Shown: positions 39,593 to 49,980 of the stretch, in pieces | Layout of the letters: every line of letters begins with the position of its first letter | Numbering within the stretch: the stretch's first letter is position 1 | Virus record (IMG/VR): IMGVR_UViG_3300021962_000081 | DNA from: an uncultured virus (IMG/VR IMGVR_UViG_3300021962_000081) | Taxonomy: Duplodnaviria; Heunggongvirae; Uroviricota; Caudoviricetes | DNA length: 64,000 bases | Strand: one strand, 5' to 3' | Position numbers and translations under genes: made by a program | The notes under the pieces: generated by a model | The model's input: only the letters and a program-made list of their open reading frames with translations | Database searches by the model: none | What the model was told of the DNA's origin: nothing

Positions 39593-39980
39593 TGCTTGTG
39601 ATCCGCCAGCAAGGGAAGCAGTAAGTAAGTATATCAAAGCCACATGGGGAATGAATGCGTGGCACAATCCTAATCAGTATGCAGTTGATCTCATTATCGA
39701 AAAAGATAAAGAGTTAATCGGCTATGCTGAAATTGAAATGAGAGATTGGGATCATTGTCCCTTCAAAACAATCCATATACCCAAGCGAAAAGATAAACTA
39801 TTCAACAACGATAAGAAGACTATTTATTTTGTTGTGTCAAGAGGTATGGAACGTGCATGGTATATAGATTCACAAGTGATTAAAGATTCAGCAGTCGCTG
39901 AGATACCTAACAAAGCAGTAAGTCAAGGGGAATATTTTTACGATGTTCCTACATACCTATTCACTGAAGTAAATTTGTAG
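39558..39980 (+). CDS. PD-(D/E)XK-like nuclease
   Basis: YAVDL......YAEIEMR.W...TIHIP.RK. Confidence 0.5.
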   Translation: MRTKPFNQAVHDACDPPAREAVSKYIKATWGMNAWHNPNQYAVDLIIEKDKELIGYAEIEMRDWDHCPFKTIHIPKRKDKLFNNDKKTIYFVVSRGMERAWYIDSQVIKDSAVAEIPNKAVSQGEYFYDVPTYLFTEVNL

Positions 39981-39993
39981 CATAGAATTATAA

Positions 39994-40290
39994 ATGAGAG
40001 ACAAGCCACAATATACAGATTTAGAACATAGGATATTAGAGTTATCTGATGTCATTGATATGTTAAATGAAGAGAACATTAAGCTCAAAGATATTGTTGC
40101 CTCTCACCAATGGAATGCAACAGAGTTTGAACAAGATTATATATTGCATGAGATCACTCAACTCAGAAAAGATATAGCAGTGCTAGAGAAGAGCGAAGCA
40201 AGTGCAATAGCAAGTAGAGATATGTTTCAAAATAGAAATGCAGAATTACTAAAACAATTAGCGTATTACAAGAGGCTTCACAAAGCCTAG
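39994..40290 (+). CDS. Coiled-coil protein upstream of the helicase
   Basis: L.EEN..LKD...SRD.FQ.RNAEL..Q. Confidence 0.55.
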   Translation: MRDKPQYTDLEHRILELSDVIDMLNEENIKLKDIVASHQWNATEFEQDYILHEITQLRKDIAVLEKSEASAIASRDMFQNRNAELLKQLAYYKRLHKA

Positions 40291-40327
40291 CCCACGCCAG
40301 AGGGAATCTGGAAGTTAAAGGATAATA

Positions 40328-41815
40328 ATGTTAGAACTAAGAGAACACCAAAAGGGTGTTATTGATGCATTGCGTCAAGGATTTAAAGATGGTCATAGGG
40401 CTCAACTACTCTACGCACCCACAGGATTTGGAAAGACAGAGGTAGCTATCTACTTGATGGAAGCTACAAGAAAGAAAGATAACCGATCAGGCATGATCTT
40501 AGATCGTATAGTCTTAGTAGATCAAACATCACAACGACTAGAGAAGTATAATATTTTTCATGGCGTTCACCAAGCTGACCATTGGAAATATAATACATCA
40601 GAACTCATTCAAATATGCTCTTCTCAAACATTAGAGCGCAGACAAGACTTTCCAAAGATGGACTTGTTGATTATAGATGAATGTCATATTGCAAGAAGAC
40701 AGATCACAGAACTGATTAAGAAGAACCCAAAGCTCAGAGTGATTGGACTTACCGCTACACCCTTCACAAAAGGACTTGGTGATATCTATACCAATGTTGT
40801 ATGCGGATCAACGACACAATCCCTCGTGATTAATAAATGGTTAGCCCCTCTCAAAGTTTATATTGCCAAAGAAATTGACATGAAGGGCGCTAAAAAGATT
40901 GCGGGTGAATGGTCTCCTGATGTTGTTACAGAACGAGGCATGAGAATAACAGGGGATATTGTTCAGGAATGGATTAAAAAGACCCATGAGATATTCGGCA
41001 GGCCACGCAAGACCATAGTCTTTTGCGCTGGAGTAGCACATGGTCAAGACTTGGTTAAGCAGTTTGCCGAGAAGGGATACAATTTTGTATCTATCTCATA
41101 TAAAGAAACAAGCGAATTCAAGAAGGAGGTGATCGAGAACTTTAGCAAGCCCGATACAGACATTCATGGATTAATTGCTACTGATATTTTAACTCGTGGC
41201 TTTGATGTCCCTGATGTAATGATCGGAGTATCCGCTAGGCCATTCAGTAAATCCCTATCCTCACATATTCAACAGATGGGTAGGGTGATGCGCCCTTCGC
41301 CTGATAAAGAGTTTGCCTTATGGTTAGACCACTCAGGTAATTATGTCCGCTTCCGTAATGAATGGGAAGAAGTCTATCAAGAAGGTGTTAAAGACTTAGA
41401 CCCTAGCAAGATAGAACACGCACATAAAGAACCCACAGAACGAGAAAAGAAAGAAGCTAAGTGTCCCGCTTGCTCTGCGTTATGGGAACATGGATCAGAG
41501 GAATGTTATGCTTGCGGTTATGTCAGGAAGAAAAAACAATTCGGATCAATAGCGGGTGAGATGCACGAACTAGGTATGAATGGTCGTGATAAGCTAGAGA
41601 ACCGCCAACAATTCTTCTCTGAGTTGTTATACGTTGCTAAGAATAAGAATTATAGTCCTAATTGGGCAAGCCATAAGTATAGGGAAAAGTATGGTGTATG
41701 GCCTAGAGATTTAGTATATCGAACTGACACCCCATCTATTGCTACTATGAATTGGATCAAACATAGAATGATCGCTTATAGTAAAGCTAATAAAAAAGAT
41801 AGGAAGGTAGCATGA
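40328..41815 (+). CDS. Superfamily II DNA helicase (SSL2/RadD-like) with Zn finger
   Basis: APTGFGKT, DECH, GLTATP, RGFDVPD, QQMGRVMR, CPAC..C..CG. Confidence 0.92.
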   Translation: MLELREHQKGVIDALRQGFKDGHRAQLLYAPTGFGKTEVAIYLMEATRKKDNRSGMILDRIVLVDQTSQRLEKYNIFHGVHQADHWKYNTSELIQICSSQTLERRQDFPKMDLLIIDECHIARRQITELIKKNPKLRVIGLTATPFTKGLGDIYTNVVCGSTTQSLVINKWLAPLKVYIAKEIDMKGAKKIAGEWSPDVVTERGMRITGDIVQEWIKKTHEIFGRPRKTIVFCAGVAHGQDLVKQFAEKGYNFVSISYKETSEFKKEVIENFSKPDTDIHGLIATDILTRGFDVPDVMIGVSARPFSKSLSSHIQQMGRVMRPSPDKEFALWLDHSGNYVRFRNEWEEVYQEGVKDLDPSKIEHAHKEPTEREKKEAKCPACSALWEHGSEECYACGYVRKKKQFGSIAGEMHELGMNGRDKLENRQQFFSELLYVAKNKNYSPNWASHKYREKYGVWPRDLVYRTDTPSIATMNWIKHRMIAYSKANKKDRKVA

Positions 41816-42645
41816 GGTTCGAAGATTTTGCAAGGATACATGGTCTCATCGTTGATCGTGTGATCCCACATAGACAAGTTAGAACACCCACAGAAGATAA
41901 ACCAAGAAGTAAAAACGGATCGTATAAGTTCTTAGGCCATGTTGGTTTTGTAATTAATTGGGCTACGATGGAAGAGCCAGCAATTTGGTTTTCTGATGAT
42001 AAAACCGCCTCAGTCGAGGTGTTTAAAAAGAGTTCAATCGATCACACTAAAGAGCGTGAACGTCTAGCTAAGAAAGCAAGTGAGAAAGCGGGTTGGATAC
42101 TACACCAATGCAAACAAGAAAACCACCCATACCTAGCATCTAAAGGATTTCCTAATGAGTTAGGTAATGTATGGACTAAAGATAATGAACGCATATTAGT
42201 TATACCCATGCGGATCGACAAAAGACTCGTTGGTTGTCAACTCATCGATGACAAGGGGGTCAAGAAGTTCCTGTATGGTCAGACTACTAAGGGGGCAACC
42301 CTCACCATGAACGCAAAAGGGTATCCCATCTTCTGTGAGGGGTATGCGACTGCCCTTAGCATCAGAGAAGCCATGATCGCTAACAATGTCAAGTATTCGA
42401 TCCACGTTTGCTTTAGTGCATCTAACATGAAGTTCGTAGCAGGGCAATTCCCCTATGGACTCATCGTTGCCGACAACGATCACTCCCATGTTGGTGAGAC
42501 TACCGCTAGGAAAACAGGCAAGCCTTATTGGATTTCGCCCGCAATCTCCGAAGATTTTAATGATTTTCATAAACGAGTAGGCCTCTTTAAAGCCTCTCAA
42601 TCCCTTAAAAAGAAGTTAATAGAGATAGGTAGCTTGGTGTTCTAA
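41812..42645 (+). CDS. Toprim-domain primase-like protein
   Basis: HPYL..KG, LVIPM, Q.I...G.KKFL.G, CEGYATALSI, ADND, DFND. Confidence 0.85.
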   Translation: MRFEDFARIHGLIVDRVIPHRQVRTPTEDKPRSKNGSYKFLGHVGFVINWATMEEPAIWFSDDKTASVEVFKKSSIDHTKERERLAKKASEKAGWILHQCKQENHPYLASKGFPNELGNVWTKDNERILVIPMRIDKRLVGCQLIDDKGVKKFLYGQTTKGATLTMNAKGYPIFCEGYATALSIREAMIANNVKYSIHVCFSASNMKFVAGQFPYGLIVADNDHSHVGETTARKTGKPYWISPAISEDFNDFHKRVGLFKASQSLKKKLIEIGSLVF

Positions 42646-42660
42646 ACTACCTATTATAGA
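42618..42660. terminator. Probable bidirectional terminator between convergent operons
   Basis: ATAGGTAG...CTACCTAT inverted repeat at the primase/hydrolase junction. Confidence 0.45.
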
Positions 42661-43041
42661 TCAATAAAAGTAAAGATTATTGACTTGCGCTAACAAAGGT
42701 TTCTTAAATACATTCTTGCTTGGGTGTATTCTATGGTCATGGAAAAACTGAGAATGCCCAACGGGATTGTAAGTATAGCCCTTTTGTTTTGTTAGAAATT
42801 TAACTGCCTGTAATTTATAAGTTAGTAATTGAATATGTGTTGGCTCTTTGGCCTTTCCTTGTTGGATCAAGGATATATACTCGAATTGTTTTGGCTCGTA
42901 AACTACATCACACACTCGACTAATCGTCTTGGCTCTGTTCATAACGACATTATAAACTGCCATCTGATTATCAAAGTTAGCACCCGCTTCACCGAATAAT
43001 ACAAGGGCTAAGCAAGTGCTTGCTAGTTCTAGTTCTACCAT
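42661..43041 (-). CDS. Cell wall hydrolase (SleB/Hydrolase_2 family)
   Basis: CLA..LF.EA......Q.AV..VV.NR......C.VV..P.QF. Confidence 0.8.
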   Translation of the reverse strand: MVELELASTCLALVLFGEAGANFDNQMAVYNVVMNRAKTISRVCDVVYEPKQFEYISLIQQGKAKEPTHIQLLTYKLQAVKFLTKQKGYTYNPVGHSQFFHDHRIHPSKNVFKKPLLAQVNNLYFY

Positions 43042-43143
43042 AAATAGTCCTCTTTGTTATTATGGAACGCACAGATTATCAGTATTATCAAGGCTTTCAA
43101 AGCATACATGGTCATCAATGTATGCTAAAATAAGCCTTACGGG

Positions 43144-43383
43144 CTATCCCTTTACCTCAACAACCCTGAAATCTTCAGCGTCAGGAACGTCTTCCATCTC
43201 ACCATTCCTAACTGCTTTACGCATCTGTTTAAAGAAATACTTTAAATCTTCCTCTGCGTCTTCCTCTGTATCATAAGTAGTTGGTATTGTATTTCCATGC
43301 TCATCTTCATGAGACCAAGTATTAGTCCAACCACCACATAAACAAAACTCTTGAATTTCATAGCGCATCATCTTCCTCCTCAT
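43144..43383 (-). CDS. Small acidic early protein
   Basis: YEIQ....GGWTN.W...P.TYDT...A; in the leftward early operon. Confidence 0.55.
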   Translation of the reverse strand: MRRKMMRYEIQEFCLCGGWTNTWSHEDEHGNTIPTTYDTEEDAEEDLKYFFKQMRKAVRNGEMEDVPDAEDFRVVEVKG

Positions 43384-43830
43384 CTACCATAAAATTAATT
43401 GATCTAATACCCTCAAATATCTGCATAACCTCGTAATCAATATCTAATTTATCTAATGCTTCAAAAAGTTCTTTTGGTGTCATATATCCCCCTAGTTAGT
43501 TAAGGCTTCATGTTTCAAAGCCATGTTGTCAATACAATTATTCATTCTTCTATCTGCTTCAATAGCTATGCTAACCATAAGATCAATGTAGTCATCACCC
43601 TCAACGCCCTCAATCTCATCTGCATCTTGCATAGCTTCTAATACGCTTTTATATATTGCTAATGCTCTGTTGTTCATAGCTTTTCCTCCGTATATACATC
43701 TTTATATTTAGCGGTAATAACTAACATCTCATGTCTTGGGTCAGCTTCGCATACTTTACATATCTCAACCCATACATCTTCATGGTGAAAGTCATCAGGG
43801 TATAGCTTTAAATGAAAAAATTCACTCATG

Positions 43831-43989
43831 TTATTCCTCCACATCATCTATTGTAAAATTATCGTAATCACAAGGCTCTAATTGAGTTGCCATGTCATAA
43901 AACTTCTGAATAGCTTCCTCTTTAGTTTCTGCCTCAATATCCTCTTTATAAAACACTTGCTCACTTGCTCTAATTCTAAATGTTTTCAT
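43831..43989 (-). CDS. DpnD/PcfM-like small protein (paralog)
   Basis: MKTFRIRASEQVFYKEDIEAETKEEAIQKFY; GGAG RBS. Confidence 0.6.
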   Translation of the reverse strand: MKTFRIRASEQVFYKEDIEAETKEEAIQKFYDMATQLEPCDYDNFTIDDVEE

Positions 43990-44203
43990 CTTTTAACTCC
44001 TCTACCTTTCTTTTATCCTCATAATAATCTACAACTTCAAAACCATGTTTGTTTGGCAAAGTTTCCATATATTCAGCGTGATTAAAAAAATCTATATCGT
44101 CAAACAATTGATCTACTTCATCAATGCTTTCTGCTTCAATATGGTAAACAACATTAACTATTTCCTGACGCTTTTCAGGCACGATAACTTTAAATGTTTT
44201 CAT
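43976..44203 (-). CDS. DpnD/PcfM-like small protein (paralog)
   Basis: MKTFKVIV...VVYHIEAESIDEV. Confidence 0.55.
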   Translation of the reverse strand: MKTFKVIVPEKRQEIVNVVYHIEAESIDEVDQLFDDIDFFNHAEYMETLPNKHGFEVVDYYEDKRKVEELKDENI

Positions 44204-44367
44204 TGTTGGCTCTCCCCTATAAATGTTATATCTGCATCTCTGATATCACTAGGCTCTAAATCGCTATATACCTCCCAAAACTTTTCACTAGCCTCATCAC
44301 GATCATTAGCCTCTACAATTTTTTTATACACATGAGTTTCCCTTGCTTCAATATAAAATTTACGCAC
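44200..44367 (-). CDS. DpnD/PcfM-like small protein (paralog)
   Basis: GTG start; MRKFYIEARETHVYKKIVEANDRDEASEKFW; AAGGAG RBS. Confidence 0.6.
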   Translation of the reverse strand: MRKFYIEARETHVYKKIVEANDRDEASEKFWEVYSDLEPSDIRDADITFIGESQQ

Positions 44368-44524
44368 CTTTTATCTCCTTAATTAAAACATCATCTAAAT
44401 ATTTAGCATCAACAGGATCAATACTTCCCTCACCATCATAAAGTTTTGCAAGGGCTTTATCCTCTGTGTCCGCTTCCATTATGTAATATTGCCACAATGT
44501 CTCTCTAATCATAAATTTAGGCAT
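44360..44524 (-). CDS. DpnD/PcfM-like small protein (paralog)
   Basis: MPKFMIRETLWQYYIMEADTEDKALAKLY; GAGGAG RBS. Confidence 0.55.
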   Translation of the reverse strand: MPKFMIRETLWQYYIMEADTEDKALAKLYDGEGSIDPVDAKYLDDVLIKEIKGA

Positions 44525-44595
44525 TTTTTAACTCCTCTAGTTAAGATTATCAAATGATAATCAGATAGCACCCATAAGGCGCTATCGGGTATCAC

Positions 44596-44862
44596 TTAAA
44601 TAACAGGGATAATGCTTAGGTTTTCATCAGATGTATATAATGCCCCTCCGTCATTACCTTCATCATCTTTCTGAGGAATTATGTATGAGCCATCAGTAAA
44701 TTTAATAATGATAGGCTTGCTATACCACATAAAATCATTCATTTCCTCATCATTCATGTATCTAACTGATTGAATAGTCTTGCCTACTAAAAAATCACTA
44801 GCCTTTTTATTCCATTTATTAGTGATATCTAAATTGTATTGTTTTCTTTCTTGCGGTGTCAT
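44596..44862 (-). CDS. Conserved phage early protein
   Basis: LVGKTI..VRYM..E....W.......F.DG....P..DDEGN.GGAL. Confidence 0.65.
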   Translation of the reverse strand: MTPQERKQYNLDITNKWNKKASDFLVGKTIQSVRYMNDEEMNDFMWYSKPIIIKFTDGSYIIPQKDDEGNDGGALYTSDENLSIIPVI

Positions 44863-45028
44863 ACTGCCTCCTCTATAAGTTCTAGTTCTGAAGTTCTATA
44901 TATAAGTGTATTATCGGGTGCTTCAAACTCGCTATCGTCATCAGTAATAACAACCTTTGTCCCCCAATCGTAGCGTATGATTGTCCCTGTAATATCTTGG
45001 TCTTTTACTTTTACCCTGTCCCCAATAT

Positions 45029-45328
45029 TCATACTGAACCCCCATAAAACTTTTCAAAGTCTTCAGAGTAAAAGGTTCTAGTGCAACCCCTTGATACCCT
45101 AATCCAACCATCTTCATCATAATCATTGTTGGTCATAGCAAACTCTATTGTGATAGAAGTAATTAATGACGGATCGCCATCATCTACTTCATCAGCTTCA
45201 GTTTCATACTCATCTACTTCCGCCTTATCTACTACAAAATCATGGTGTGCAAAAAAATACTGCCCTACATTTACACCCATACATTTTGAAAATTCATCTA
45301 TATCATTTTCTTTCAAGTAAATACTCAT
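45029..45328 (-). CDS. Acidic hypothetical early protein
   Basis: ORF with GAGG RBS, very D/E-rich. Confidence 0.55.
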   Translation of the reverse strand: MSIYLKENDIDEFSKCMGVNVGQYFFAHHDFVVDKAEVDEYETEADEVDDGDPSLITSITIEFAMTNNDYDEDGWIRVSRGCTRTFYSEDFEKFYGGSV

Positions 45329-46140
45329 CTCACTTCCTCCTCGATGTTATCTTTATAAAATTTCTCTATCTCTTTATCAGGCATATTGACCCAACCTTTC
45401 CAACCATTTCTGATAATATCTTCCATACTACTCCACTCTGCACCTTCGTGAAGCCAATCAGTTTCATATTTAATACAAGCCTCTCTCATTTCATCTATTG
45501 TCATACTGCCTCCCATTTCTTAATTTGATCTAATAAATCCTCTGCCAATTCAAGCCTACCTTCAAAAATACCCCCTGAATTATCTGTGAGATATTCATTT
45601 CCCAAAGCGTCTTCAGCGTCTTCTGATACATTAATACAATAATTTTTTATTAGCTTTATAATTGCCTCATGCTTATTCATATTGCCCCCTTTATTCTATT
45701 TGGTCTTTTTTATATACATATGCTTGAATGCCTCTGTCATTTAATGCCTCTATAATGTCGTCTAAAAAATCACCACTACTTTCAAAAACATCACTTACTT
45801 CTATTACATAATCTTCTGTTTTTTTCTTATTCATACCGCCTCCCAATCGCTATCAATTTCATAAGCCAAAACCCACTCAAAAAAGTCATCTTCGTTATCT
45901 TTCCACATATAAGCAAAGTCTTTATCGTCATATCTTAATTGCTGAAATTCATTGTAAAGCCTATGATTTTTGTAAGTCATATTGCCCCCTCTGTTTGTTT
46001 AACATCACTATGTTGTTTGCGCCAAGCCTTGACCATAGAATACCGCATGGCCTCTCTTAAAGTTCTTGGTGTCTGCCATTGATAGTAATTGTATTTAAAG
46101 AATTGCTTAGCCTTTTCTTGATCTGTTTTCATAGTTCCCC

Positions 46141-46581
46141 CTACCATGATGATTGATAATAAAAATCCCAATTATCTTTGATATCCTCATCAGAGATAAG
46201 CTTTTCTAAAGCGGGTATTGTTCGTCTAATCTGTTCTAGTTCCCATTCTTTTCCGTCATTATCATCAGCTTGAAGCGGGAATATATCCTCAGCTATTGAC
46301 GGATTTTTATCTACCTTTCTCAAGGTATCCAATAGATTTCCTAATAAATCTCTTGAAACAAAATACTCCCCACAATTATCCTCGCCACCTTGAGCATTCA
46401 TAACGAACCAATGATGAATAGCCCATGCCTTGCGCCAATAAAAAGCCTCTTTTCTTACTTCATTCGTATGACCTAATGACGCACCGCCTATCATTTCATC
46501 AATCTTATTTGCTAAGGCTTGATCGTGTTCGTTAAAACTCCACAAATAACGCTTAGCTGATAAATACATATCTAGTCCCAT
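46141..46581 (-). CDS. Conserved phage early protein (MGLDMYL family)
   Basis: MGLDMYL...YWRKA.AIH.WF......DNC..Y...FYYQSSW. Confidence 0.7.
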   Translation of the reverse strand: MGLDMYLSAKRYLWSFNEHDQALANKIDEMIGGASLGHTNEVRKEAFYWRKAWAIHHWFVMNAQGGEDNCGEYFVSRDLLGNLLDTLRKVDKNPSIAEDIFPLQADDNDGKEWELEQIRRTIPALEKLISDEDIKDNWDFYYQSSW

Positions 46582-46584
46582 TTT

Positions 46585-46797
46585 TTACTCCTTAAAATAT
46601 ACATCGCAAGTTAATTTCCAATTATCAAAATACCCTTTTCTTTCTATACCAAACTCCATCAACTTATCTTCAAACATGGCCAATATTTCCTCATACATAT
46701 TTTGGCTAATATCTGATAAATCAGCTTGAAGCCCATGCTTTTCAACATAAGCTTCTGCCTTAGCTTGCATTTCCTCATTTTCAACATTTATAGTCAT
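46585..46797 (-). CDS. Acidic hypothetical early protein
   Basis: ORF with GAAAGGGG RBS. Confidence 0.55.
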   Translation of the reverse strand: MTINVENEEMQAKAEAYVEKHGLQADLSDISQNMYEEILAMFEDKLMEFGIERKGYFDNWKLTCDVYFKE

Positions 46798-47445
46798 AAT
46801 TTTCCCCTTTCAAAGTTAATAAAAACAAAACCGCCTCATGCGAAGTAATGACGCAAACTTTTCTATGCGCCTACTTATCCCATAAAGCGATAATTTCACC
46901 TGATTTAATCAGATCAGCAACCCATAACCCGAAATCAGTAGAGCGATAAAAAGCATTGAAGCCCCTGTCCTGATGTCTTAGTTGTTGAAACCTATCAACC
47001 AAGTTATCAAAATCAACCATTTGTAATTTTTCCATGATTAAGCCTCAGGGTGCTTATGTTCCCAAACACCCTTCCCTAAGTTAATTAATGTCTGCGCCTC
47101 ATTTGGATATAATCCATGATGCTCAGCAAATTTATCAATAGTAAGATAATCGTTTCTATAATCTAAATATGCATCAATAAGGATATCTCTTAATTCTTTA
47201 TTCCATTTGATCATGATTAGCCCTCTCTTTTAAAATGTCTCTGATAATTTCCGCCTCATGCTCGGTAATGCTAAGCCAATTCGTATTTCCGCTTTCTGCA
47301 TTAATTTTCAGGCTTAAAGCCTCGCCCTTAGTGTTGAATATCTTGTTGAATTGCTGGTCGATATAATCCATAAAGAACCCCTTCAAAAGTTTATAAATTG
47401 GCCTAATTTAAGCCCCTAAGCGCCCTAAGATAAGGCGCTTAAAGA

Positions 47446-47859
47446 TTAAACTACATGAGGCGTTTGTTGTGCTAGCGTGTCGCATTCCTCTTTATTAATC
47501 AAGCCTAAGCGCCTTAAATCGTGCATTATTGAATAGTTAGTATGGAAAACCATATCCATACCGCAACCGCCAATTCTGAAGTAGTCGCTATCATTAATTT
47601 TTCTGTATCCTAAAGCGTCAAAGAATTGATAAAAATTATAAAGAAAATGTCTATTCTCGCCCTTGCTCATCTCTAAGAATTTAATAGTGCGGGACATTCC
47701 GCTTTTTGAAACCGAACCGATAGAACAGATCATTCTAGCCTCTTTAATTGCGCTTATATATCTTTTGGCGTGATCTATGAAAGTTTCGGAAGTCATTCCA
47801 TAGGTGTTCTTTTTATTGTAATTTTTTACTATTACTTCTATTTCTGTTGTGTTTATCAT
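47446..47859 (-). CDS. Conserved phage early protein
   Basis: VSKSGMSR.IK...GCGMDMVFH..Y motif; start moved to the ATG after the AAGGGG RBS. Confidence 0.65.
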   Translation of the reverse strand: MINTTEIEVIVKNYNKKNTYGMTSETFIDHAKRYISAIKEARMICSIGSVSKSGMSRTIKFLEMSKGENRHFLYNFYQFFDALGYRKINDSDYFRIGGCGMDMVFHTNYSIMHDLRRLGLINKEECDTLAQQTPHVV

Positions 47860-48557
47860 TTTGAAGCCCCTTTTTGTTGTTTTTTCATTTTCAAAACTAC
47901 CTCGCAAGCCTGAAGTCTTAGATTATCATCATCAGAATTTAAGAAGCCCCCAAGCGTGTTTAACGCTTTTTTCATGTTCCGAAGTTCCCATTCAGGCCTA
48001 GCGGATAGATCAACGATATATTCTTGAAGCGTCATTTTTAACCCCCTTTTTTAAGTAAAGATATGCTTAATAAAGCATGATGATCGAAAGCCCTAGCGTC
48101 TTTATAGATAGTATCGAAAAGCCTATTAATAGCCATAACCTCATTTTTTGCTAAAACATAAGTTTTATATTGTTTATTATCTTTAATATATAAAGCCCTA
48201 TATTTATTCATTTTGAGGCCTCAGATATTAAAGAGGCCAAGCGCTCAGCGAACCATTCATTTATTAAAGTTAAAGCGTCTTTTTCAGGTATATTATAAAT
48301 TGAAGCGATAATATCAGGGCTTGCTATTATGCCCTGATCATGCGCCTTGTCTAACATTCTGAAAATCCAATCCCGTTTAAAAATAGCCTGTTCATTCATA
48401 AGAAGCCCCCTTGATAGCTAGAAAAGCATAAGCCCCCGCCACGATAAAGCATAATAGCGAAGCGAAAAGGCCTATAAACTCTAATGCATATAGGCCTAAG
48501 ATTGATAGAAGCGTAGATTGTAAAGCCCTCAATAGTTCATACATGGTTAAGCCCTCT

Positions 48558-48752
48558 CTAATAGTTATTATTGACATAATCAAGCAAGGAAGCCTTGATT
48601 GATTGAGTATCGATGTTCTGATAGTCGTTATTGATAAGATTGGTTAAAAGGCTAGTGTAGTTCTCATCATCTAATAGTAAATGACTATCGACTAAGGCCT
48701 CATTGACTACTGCGCTATGTATTGCATTAGCTAAACTATAATTAATGTTCAT
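48558..48752 (-). CDS. First gene of the leftward early operon (hypothetical)
   Basis: GAAAGGGG RBS directly downstream of the promoter. Confidence 0.55.
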   Translation of the reverse strand: MNINYSLANAIHSAVVNEALVDSHLLLDDENYTSLLTNLINNDYQNIDTQSIKASLLDYVNNNY

Positions 48753-48800
48753 ATATTGCCCCTTTCGTTGATAAATAAGGCCTCTCTAAGCCTTAAAGAT

Positions 48801-48829
48801 ATTAGATCAAATAATTAAAAATAATGCAA
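48801..48829 (-). promoter_or_regulatory. Sigma70-like early promoter (leftward)
   Basis: Minus strand TTGCAT-N17-TCTAAT with extended TG and AT-rich upstream sequence. Confidence 0.6.
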
Positions 48830-49086
48830 GTTATTTATACAATTTTATCAATTGACTAAAAGCCCCCTGAAAATAGCATGGATAGCGAAGCGAAAAAGCC
48901 CGATATGTGTTCTAAACGTATAGGGAAAGCATATAAGAGAGTATATGAATTGGTTAATAGGATAACCTTACCTGATATAAGATCGTGGCTCAAAATCGAT
49001 TTATGTAAGCCGAAAAGATAGCAATATATAAAAAAACAATATATAATACCCTTTTCTTATATGTTCCTGTTATATACCTATTAAAT

Positions 49087-49980
49087 ATGAAGCTAACCCG
49101 TAAACAGATTAAAGAAGGCCTTGAGGCTATGCCAATAGATACCTTACTTATCGGAAGCCCTAAAACCTTGACCCATAAACAAAAAGAATTCGCCAAAGGT
49201 GTAGCGATGGGTAAACCAAAGGCGCAAGCTTATCGGGAAGCCTATGACACCAAAACAACCGCCAACGCTCAGGCCGTAGAAGCTCATAGGCTATCAAATA
49301 ACCCTCACATTTCACTAATGATAGAGGCGATGAAGGTAGGTTTAGAGGCTCAAAAATATCTTTTACCCGCTCATTTAAGAGCCTTAACCATACAAAAGCT
49401 TACAGAAAAGGCGCTTGATCCCGAAGTCAATCACGCTCAACAGATAAAAGCCCTTGAATTATTAGGGAAGATTACAGAAGTAGCCCTTTTCACAGAGCGA
49501 AAAGAGATAACCGCAACCGATACAAGCGCTAAGGCTAAGGATAGGCTTATAGATACCCTAGCGAAAGCGATCAGATCATCATCAAATATTAGTTTGGATA
49601 AGAAGCAACAAGCAGACGATCTATTAAGAGAGATAACAGGCGGTTCTTTAGATAACCCTAACCCTGAAACTATTGACCAAGCGCCTGAGGATAACATTGA
49701 CCAAGATCATATAACCGAAGATCATCTATCAACCGAACCTGAGGCGGAAGAAAAGGCGGAAGGCTTGACCCCACCCGATGCTACCCCCCAAATTGCAGGA
49801 AATTTTGAGGATGACCTAAGCCATACTATTCCAGACAAACAATCACCAACTTTAACGGAAACACCCCCCTTATCCTTTACAGAATCAGAGTGGGGAGGGG
49901 GTGATAATTTTTGGGACAAGTTTGAAGATAAGCCTACAGAAACACCCCCCCTTGATAAATATGGGTCCCCTCATGACTAG
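49087..49980 (+). CDS. terS: Terminase small subunit with long acidic C-terminal tail
   Basis: LT.KQ..FA..VA.G...AQAYR.AY...EA.RL..NP.I; IKALELLGK; upstream of terL. Confidence 0.75.
   Translation: MKLTRKQIKEGLEAMPIDTLLIGSPKTLTHKQKEFAKGVAMGKPKAQAYREAYDTKTTANAQAVEAHRLSNNPHISLMIEAMKVGLEAQKYLLPAHLRALTIQKLTEKALDPEVNHAQQIKALELLGKITEVALFTERKEITATDTSAKAKDRLIDTLAKAIRSSSNISLDKKQQADDLLREITGGSLDNPNPETIDQAPEDNIDQDHITEDHLSTEPEAEEKAEGLTPPDATPQIAGNFEDDLSHTIPDKQSPTLTETPPLSFTESEWGGGDNFWDKFEDKPTETPPLDKYGSPHD

Noticed and set aside
48936..48965. AGAGAGTA before a 6-codon ORF as a target of sRNA loop 2
   Set aside because: An 8-nt match is expected by chance in 64 kb and the ORF is unsupported.
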